A stretch of DNA of 64,000 nt, from assembly GCA_036264235.1 (NCBI GenBank), contig DATARH010000174.1, forward strand, positions 2,386 through 66,385, read 5' to 3'. The notes under the pieces were generated by a model. It did no database searches. It saw only the letters and a list, made by a program, of their open reading frames with translations, and was not told where the DNA came from. A program made the position numbers and the translations under genes. This DNA is from Stellaceae bacterium (lineage in GTDB: Bacteria > Pseudomonadota > Alphaproteobacteria > ATCC43930 > CGMCC-115725). Each line of letters opens with the position of its first letter. The stretch's first letter is position 1. Positions 56,071 to 64,000 of the stretch are shown here, piece by piece.

Positions 56071-58137
56071 TTAACCGGGGCTCGCGCCAATGTGGGTCGG
56101 CGCCGTCACTGCGATGCCGTCGCCGAGCCGCATCACCCGCCAGCGTGCCGCGTCGGTCATCGCCTTATCGGGTGCTTCGCCCGACAGCGACATCCAACGC
56201 TCGCGATGCCACGAGGTCATTGCCGCCTCGGCGCGCAGCGTCGCGCCCGGCGCCGGTGCCGACGTACCAAGAGCCACCCACGGGACCAGCATCTCGGCGG
56301 TGATCCGCGGCTGGTCCGCCCCGAAATAAGTCGCCTCGGCGCCCGCCACGGCTTTGCAGCCCTTCGCGATCGCCTCGGCGGCGCTGCCGGCACACAGCAG
56401 CGCGCGCATTTCGGGGTAGTCGTGCAGCTTGGTCCGCGGTGGGATAAAGAACAGCGTGAAGCGGCGCGGTCCTGCCCCGGCATCGACTCCGAGTTCCAGT
56501 CGGTACGCATCCTCGAGCGGGAACTCGCCATCATAAGCGAGCAGGTCGATGTCGAAATAGTCCTGACCGATCGTCGCCAGCGCCAGACCCTTGTCGCTCC
56601 ACGAAAGGTAGACCTCACCGAAATCGACGGCGCCCGGCGAGGGCGTCAACGGCGGCAACAAACTCGCCGGCTTTGGCCAGTCCGCCAGCGAGCGGTCGTC
56701 CAGTTCGATGGTGGCATCCGGTATCGAAAACGGCACTGCGACTTTGGGCAGCGCCGGCGCCGCCGAGGCGTGGATTTGCGGCGCGAGCCGATTGGCATTG
56801 GCAAGCGCCTCGGTCAAGCGCCGGTAGGGCTGATCATTGATGTCGACTAGCCCGAAATCGTAATCCTCGCCATCCGGTCGGCCGCCTTTCGGGTGGTCGT
56901 AATACTGGAACCAGTGCGCGCCGATAATCTCCGGCACCGCCGCGAAATTCAGCGTCGCGGCGGCGGCGCCGCGGGCCCGTTCGGCCTGCGTCGCAACGGT
57001 CATCAGGTGCCCATTGTTGCGGTTGCCGCTACGGTTCTCCTGCGCGGCAAAGAACCATTCGGTGATCAGCACCGGCTTCTTGCCGGACAATTTTTCCAGA
57101 CCATCGAAAAAATACGGCGCAATCCAGCCATCGGCGCTGTCGGCGTTGTAGTTCATCGCGATCGCATCGACATGCGGCGCCATCGCTCGCACCGCGGCCG
57201 GATCGTAATAGATCGGCAGCCGATCGCCAAAATAGAGCGCGTCGGGATCGGCAGCCCGGATCGCCTTCTTCGCCAGCGTGTAGTAGCGCCGGGCGACGAG
57301 CCCAGTCCATTCGCGTACCGCGGCGATGCCGTTGCCGCCCGGCCGCATGCGGGTCATCTCGCGGCTCGCGAGCAACCCATCCCATGACCGGACATCGGCC
57401 GGCGGCAGGAAATCGGCGGCGAACCGGCTCCAGCTGCCGTCATAATGCTGGCGTAGCATCGCCACCCAACGCTGCTTGGTGAAGTTGTCGGCCGGCTTCC
57501 TCGAATAGAACACGAACAGTGCGCCAGCCCACCAGCCGACTTCGTTGTCCGAGAAATAACCAATGCGGTAGGGAGAGCCGCGATAAGGTGCGACCAGTTC
57601 GCGCGCCAGCGCCGTCATCCGTGCCTCCATGTCGGGGGCGAACGGGTCGAACCAGTGAAATTTCGCGCGGCGGCCGAGTTCGAGGTTGATTACCTCGGGC
57701 AATTTCAGCTCGCCGGGCGGCAGCGACCACCCGCCGGCGCTGTTGAAGCCCCACTGGTCGAGCCGCTTCCGAGTGGCCTCGACCCACTCGTCGAGGCTCG
57801 GTGCGAAGGCCTTCCAGCTGTAATAGGTTTTGCCGTCGCGCTCGCGGTCGGGATAGCCGCCATCGAGAATGTTGACGCCGAGGCTGTAGAACCGGTCGCC
57901 ACACGGTGTCTTCAGCCATTCGGCGCCGGATTGCCTGGCGATCGTCCAGCGGCTCGTCGGCGCATGTTCGAAATCACAGGCGACCGCGACGGCCGGGAGC
58001 AGTGTGGCGAGGCTAGCCGCAGCAGAGAGGCTGAAAACGGATCGGCGGAACAGGGAGACTAATGACGACAAGGTGCTGGATCGGCTGACTGCAGGGTTCG
58101 AAACGACCGCTGTTGGCTTTGCTCCGAGCGAGGGCAA
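56071..58137 (-). CDS. large exported protein, putative TIM-barrel glycoside-hydrolase-like N-terminal part plus a C-terminal beta-rich domain
   Basis: 688 aa from a TTG start. The signal-like segment LSAAASLATLLPAVAVA|C may be a lipobox. The blocks FSDNEVGWW and LITEWFF resemble clan GH-A acid/base and nucleophile strands. The start is uncertain (an internal TTG lies about 58068), and the function is inferred only. Confidence 0.6.
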   Translation of the reverse strand: MPSLGAKPTAVVSNPAVSRSSTLSSLVSLFRRSVFSLSAAASLATLLPAVAVACDFEHAPTSRWTIARQSGAEWLKTPCGDRFYSLGVNILDGGYPDRERDGKTYYSWKAFAPSLDEWVEATRKRLDQWGFNSAGGWSLPPGELKLPEVINLELGRRAKFHWFDPFAPDMEARMTALARELVAPYRGSPYRIGYFSDNEVGWWAGALFVFYSRKPADNFTKQRWVAMLRQHYDGSWSRFAADFLPPADVRSWDGLLASREMTRMRPGGNGIAAVREWTGLVARRYYTLAKKAIRAADPDALYFGDRLPIYYDPAAVRAMAPHVDAIAMNYNADSADGWIAPYFFDGLEKLSGKKPVLITEWFFAAQENRSGNRNNGHLMTVATQAERARGAAAATLNFAAVPEIIGAHWFQYYDHPKGGRPDGEDYDFGLVDINDQPYRRLTEALANANRLAPQIHASAAPALPKVAVPFSIPDATIELDDRSLADWPKPASLLPPLTPSPGAVDFGEVYLSWSDKGLALATIGQDYFDIDLLAYDGEFPLEDAYRLELGVDAGAGPRRFTLFFIPPRTKLHDYPEMRALLCAGSAAEAIAKGCKAVAGAEATYFGADQPRITAEMLVPWVALGTSAPAPGATLRAEAAMTSWHRERWMSLSGEAPDKAMTDAARWRVMRLGDGIAVTAPTHIGASPG

Positions 58138-58230
58138 TCTCTCAATGTCTTCAAGAGACTCACCTCATGTTGAGGAGCGCCGCAGGAGGCGTCTCGAAGT
58201 ACCGATTTATGATGCAACTCTTTGCCGGTG

Positions 58231-59664
58231 TCACGCCTGGGTGCCGCCGACGGTCAGGCCATCCATGCGCAGCGTCGGCTGACCAACGCCGACCGGAACG
58301 CCCTGGCCGTCCTTGCCGCACGTGCCGACACCATCGTCGAGCTTCAGGTCGTTACCGACCATCGTGACCTTGGTCATCGCGTCGGGGCCGTTGCCGATCA
58401 GCGTCGCGCCCTTGACCGCGGGCCCCACCTTGCCGTCATCAATGAGGTATGCCTCGGAGGCGGAAAACACGAATTTGCCGCTTGTGATATCGACGCTGCC
58501 GCCGCCGAAATTGACGGCGTAGAGCCCGCGCTTGACCGAGCCGATGATCTCCGCTGGGTCCTGTTTGCCAGCCAACATGTAGGTGTTGGTCATCCGCGGG
58601 ATCGGAACATGCGCGAAGCTCTGCCTCCGCCCGTTGCCGGTCGGCTTGGCGCCGAGCAGACGCGCGTTCATCCGGTCGTTCATATAGCCTTTTAGAATGC
58701 CGTCTTCGATCAGCGTGTTGTAAGCGCTTGGCGTACCCTCATCGTCGACGGTCAACGAACCGCGCCGATCGGGCATCGTGCCGTCGTCGACGACGGTGAC
58801 TCCCGGCGCCGCGACCCGCTGGCCGACTAGACCGGAGAAAGCAGAGGTTTTCTTGCGGTTGAAATCGCCTTCCAGGCCGTGACCGACCGCCTCGTGCAGC
58901 ATGACCCCCGGCCAGCCAGGGCCGAGTACGACGGTCATCTCGCCGGCCGGCGCCGGCACCGAGCCAAGATTCACCAACGCCTGACGGAGCGCCTCGTCGG
59001 CCTGCGCCTTCCAGTTCTGCGGATCGAGGTAGTGCTCGTAAGTAACCCTGCCGCCGGCGCCATGCGAGCCCGTTTCCATGCGCTCGCCTTCGCCGACTAC
59101 AACGGTCACGTTGAGCCGCACCAGCGGTCGAATGTCAGCGACGCGGCGCCCGTCAGGCCGCACGATCTGCACCGCCTGCCAGACGCCGCTGATCGAGGCC
59201 ATGACCTGCCGTACGCGCGGGTCGCGGCTGCGTGCGTATGCGTCGATCTCCGCGAGCAGCTTTGTCTTGGCTCCGAGGTCGACTAGGCCGAGCGGGTTCC
59301 GATCGGTATAGAGGCTGCGATTCGTGCCGACCGGCGGTTCGGCCAAAGTCCCGGCATAGCCGCTGGCGACGGCGCGCACCGTTTGGCCGGCGCGGCGGAT
59401 CGCCGCCTCCGACAATTCGGAGGCATGCGCGTAGCCGGCGGCTTCGCCGGCCACGGCGCGTAGCCCAAAGCCCTGCGTAGTGTCGAACGACGCGCTCTTG
59501 ATGCGGCCATCGTCGAGCGCAACGCTTTCCGACTGGCTGTATTCGAGGAACAATTCGCCATCATCCATACCGGCGAGGGTCTCGCTGACCAGCCGCTCGA
59601 TCCGGCCCGGATCCATGCCGGTGCGCTCGAAGAACAGGTCGTCGGTCACGGCGAGATTGGTCAT
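58231..59664 (-). CDS. tldD: metalloprotease TldD
   Basis: GELFLEYSQSESVALDDGRIKSASFDTTQGFGLRAV, HEAVGHGLEGDF, and GVGTCGKDGQGVPVGVGQPTL. Confidence 0.95.
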   Translation of the reverse strand: MTNLAVTDDLFFERTGMDPGRIERLVSETLAGMDDGELFLEYSQSESVALDDGRIKSASFDTTQGFGLRAVAGEAAGYAHASELSEAAIRRAGQTVRAVASGYAGTLAEPPVGTNRSLYTDRNPLGLVDLGAKTKLLAEIDAYARSRDPRVRQVMASISGVWQAVQIVRPDGRRVADIRPLVRLNVTVVVGEGERMETGSHGAGGRVTYEHYLDPQNWKAQADEALRQALVNLGSVPAPAGEMTVVLGPGWPGVMLHEAVGHGLEGDFNRKKTSAFSGLVGQRVAAPGVTVVDDGTMPDRRGSLTVDDEGTPSAYNTLIEDGILKGYMNDRMNARLLGAKPTGNGRRQSFAHVPIPRMTNTYMLAGKQDPAEIIGSVKRGLYAVNFGGGSVDITSGKFVFSASEAYLIDDGKVGPAVKGATLIGNGPDAMTKVTMVGNDLKLDDGVGTCGKDGQGVPVGVGQPTLRMDGLTVGGTQA

Positions 59665-60054
59665 GGCAAGCTATGCTTTCCGGCTGTGATCGCGGTGGCT
59701 TGGAATATGGGCTTCCGGGAGGCGCGGCGAAAGGCTTGACCGGGGCTGTCGGCCAAGCGGTTCGCCTCTCTGCGGCGGCTTGCCGCAATGGGTTACACGT
59801 CAGTCTAGGTCGTTGTCGCCCCGTTCGGCTTTGGTGTAGGGTCGCCGCTATCGGTTGCCGCCGCCGCCGGCCTGCATTTTCGAGGGTGGGCGGCGGCGCG
59901 GCTTTGGCAGCGCAGCGCGAAGCCCGGACGATCCCGCTCGGAAAAATTGGTCTCCGAATAGCGGCTCCGGGTGTCCGCCGGCGGCCCGGCCGATCGGTCT
60001 GCCCCGGTCGGGGCAATCCTCGCAGAGAGGGGCTGCAAGGGCATGGTTCGGTAG

Positions 60055-62620
<2,566 letters not shown>

Positions 62621-62656
62621 GCGGCAGCGGCGGATGGCAGCAAGCGGGCGGGCACG

Positions 62657-63562
62657 GTGAGCGATCTCCCCTCGGTCGTTGTCGGCAGCGCCTCGGGTGC
62701 CGCCGTCGGCGATTATGTGCAGATTCTGAAGCCGAGGGTGATGTCTCTCGTCGTCTTCACCGGTCTGGTCGGGTTGGTATTGGCGCCCGGGCATCTGCAC
62801 CCGGTACTCGCCGGGGTCGCGGTGTTGTGCATCGCGGTCGCGGCCGGTGCCTCGGGCGCGATCAACATGTGGTACGACCGCGATATCGACGCTGTAATGC
62901 GGCGCACCGCGGCGCGGCCTTTGCCGGCCGGCCGGATGATGGCGGGCGAGGCGCTCGGTTTCGGTTGTGTGCTGGCGGTCTGGTCGGTGGCCCTGATGGC
63001 GCTGGCGGTCAACTGGGTCGCTGCCGCGCTGCTCGCGCTGACGATCGGGTTTTATGTCTTCGTCTATACGATCTGGCTGAAGCGGCGGACGCCGCAGAAC
63101 ATCGTGATCGGCGGCGCCGCCGGCGCCTTTCCGCCGCTGATCGGCTGGGCCGCGGTCACCGGCGATATTGGCTGGGGCGGGTTGGCCCTGTTCGGGATCA
63201 TCTTCTTCTGGACACCGCCGCATTTCTGGGCGCTGTCGCTGTACCGCGCCGGCGAATACGAGCGCGCCGGCGTACCGATGCTGCCGGTGGTGTCTGGCCC
63301 GCGCGAGACCAAGCGGCAGATGCTGCTCTATACGCTGGTGTTGTGGCCGGTGACATTGGCACCATGGGCGCTCGGCGTTGCCGGGCCGGTTTATGCCGCC
63401 TGCGCTGCGGTGCTGAGCCTCGTCTTCACCGGCTGCTCGGTCCGTGTCTGGCGCGATGAGACCGATCGTAGCGCCCGCCAGATGTTCCAGTTCTCGCTGT
63501 TGTACCTGTTCCTGATCTTTTGCCTGCTGCTGCTCGACCATGCGGGAGGGGGCCGGTGGTAA
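62657..63562 (+). CDS. ctaB: heme o synthase (protoheme IX farnesyltransferase)
   Basis: GASGAINMWYDRDIDAVMRRTAARPLPAG, IGGAAGAFPPLIGWAA, and FFWTPPHFWALSL. GTG start. Confidence 0.95.
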   Translation: MSDLPSVVVGSASGAAVGDYVQILKPRVMSLVVFTGLVGLVLAPGHLHPVLAGVAVLCIAVAAGASGAINMWYDRDIDAVMRRTAARPLPAGRMMAGEALGFGCVLAVWSVALMALAVNWVAAALLALTIGFYVFVYTIWLKRRTPQNIVIGGAAGAFPPLIGWAAVTGDIGWGGLALFGIIFFWTPPHFWALSLYRAGEYERAGVPMLPVVSGPRETKRQMLLYTLVLWPVTLAPWALGVAGPVYAACAAVLSLVFTGCSVRVWRDETDRSARQMFQFSLLYLFLIFCLLLLDHAGGGRW

Positions 63563-63690
63563 TGGCCGGCGACTTTCGCGACGAGCGCGAGCGCACATTG
63601 CGCGCGCGCAACCGCGCGCTGCTGTTCGTTCTGCTCGGATTGGTGGCGTTGTTCTACGTCATCGCCATCGTTCGGATGAGCGGCGGTTGA
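63562..63690 (+). CDS. small single-TM protein (42 aa) between ctaB and ctaG (CoxF-like position)
   Basis: My own translation: MAGDFRDERERTLRARNRALLFVLLGLVALFYVIAIVRMSGG*. The ATG overlaps the ctaB stop as TAATG, and the ORF ends 3 nt before the ctaG ATG. It is below the ORF-track cutoff. Confidence 0.5.
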   Translation: MAGDFRDERERTLRARNRALLFVLLGLVALFYVIAIVRMSGG

Positions 63691-63693
63691 CCC

Positions 63694-64000
63694 ATGTCGG
63701 CACAACAATCCCGCCGCAACCGGACCACCGTGCTGCTGCTCGGCGTGGTGATCGTCGGCATGGTCGGGCTGTCCTTCGCCTCGGTGCCGCTCTATCGGTT
63801 GTTCTGTGCGGCGACCGGTTTTGGCGGCACGACGCAGCGCGCTGAAACGGCGTCCGATCATGTCGCTGCGGGCTTGGTCACGGTGCGCTTCACCACCGAA
63901 GTCGCACCGGATCTCGATTGGGAGTTCCGACCGATGACGGCCGAGGTGACGCTTCATCCCGGCGAACAGAAGCAGGTCTTCTTCCGCGCCGTCAACCGCA
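63694..64000 (+). CDS. ctaG: cytochrome c oxidase assembly protein CtaG/Cox11; N-terminal part only, runs off the right edge
   Basis: MSAQQSRRNRTTVLLLGVVIVGMVGLSFASVPLYRLFCAATGFGGTTQRA...VRFTTEVAPDLDWEF. The YRLFC motif is typical of Cox11. Confidence 0.9.
   Translation, partial: MSAQQSRRNRTTVLLLGVVIVGMVGLSFASVPLYRLFCAATGFGGTTQRAETASDHVAAGLVTVRFTTEVAPDLDWEFRPMTAEVTLHPGEQKQVFFRAVNR

Noticed and set aside
58090-58110. A GGTTCGAAAC string resembling a tRNA T-arm
   Set aside because: No acceptor or anticodon stems can be drawn around it, and it lies inside the 5' end of the exported hydrolase-like CDS. I found no tRNA in the window.

Overview
A visibly GC-rich stretch of bacterial chromosome: third codon positions are overwhelmingly G/C and long Arg/Pro-rich shadow ORFs run antisense to the real genes. 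Gene content and order look alphaproteobacterial, for example SUV3-like helicase, S4 protein, fdxA and carD; xerD, aroK and aroB; and coxB, ctaD, ctaB, a small ORF and ctaG. I saw no rRNA, tRNA, CRISPR array, transposase or phage gene.

Most of the window is housekeeping or ordinary accessory metabolism:
- an RND efflux operon with a marR-family gene
- SDR oxidoreductases
- a Sir2/CobB deacylase
- an RlmM-like methyltransferase
- a sugar ABC importer
- a ClC channel
- efp and epmA
- accA
- ubiA and ubiD
- pmbA and tldD
- gshA
- an aa3-type cytochrome oxidase operon

Six things stand out:
1. At 37.3-40.0 kb, five small genes encode signal-peptide-bearing Gly/Ser/Thr/Ala low-complexity proteins that share a short Gly-rich core motif. 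Two of them carry His-rich C-terminal tails. I cannot assign them to any family I know. This is my best candidate for an undescribed system.
2. A sensor-less histidine kinase overlaps a HerA/FtsK-type ATPase by 11 nt, and a small unknown protein follows.
3. A MotA/ExbB-like plus MotB/OmpA-like proton-channel pair has coiled-coil extensions on both subunits and no flagellar, Ton or Tol context.
4. A seven-gene cluster for polyprenyl-phosphate aminosugar periplasmic glycosylation (Arn-like) sits between the S4 gene and fdxA. It carries a methyltransferase where the formyltransferase/deformylase steps would be.
5. A PPP-family phosphatase homologue has all its metal-binding motifs substituted.
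6. Two small membrane ORFs fall below the ORF-track length cutoff.

Every functional call rests on my own reading of the translated motifs. No database search was run.
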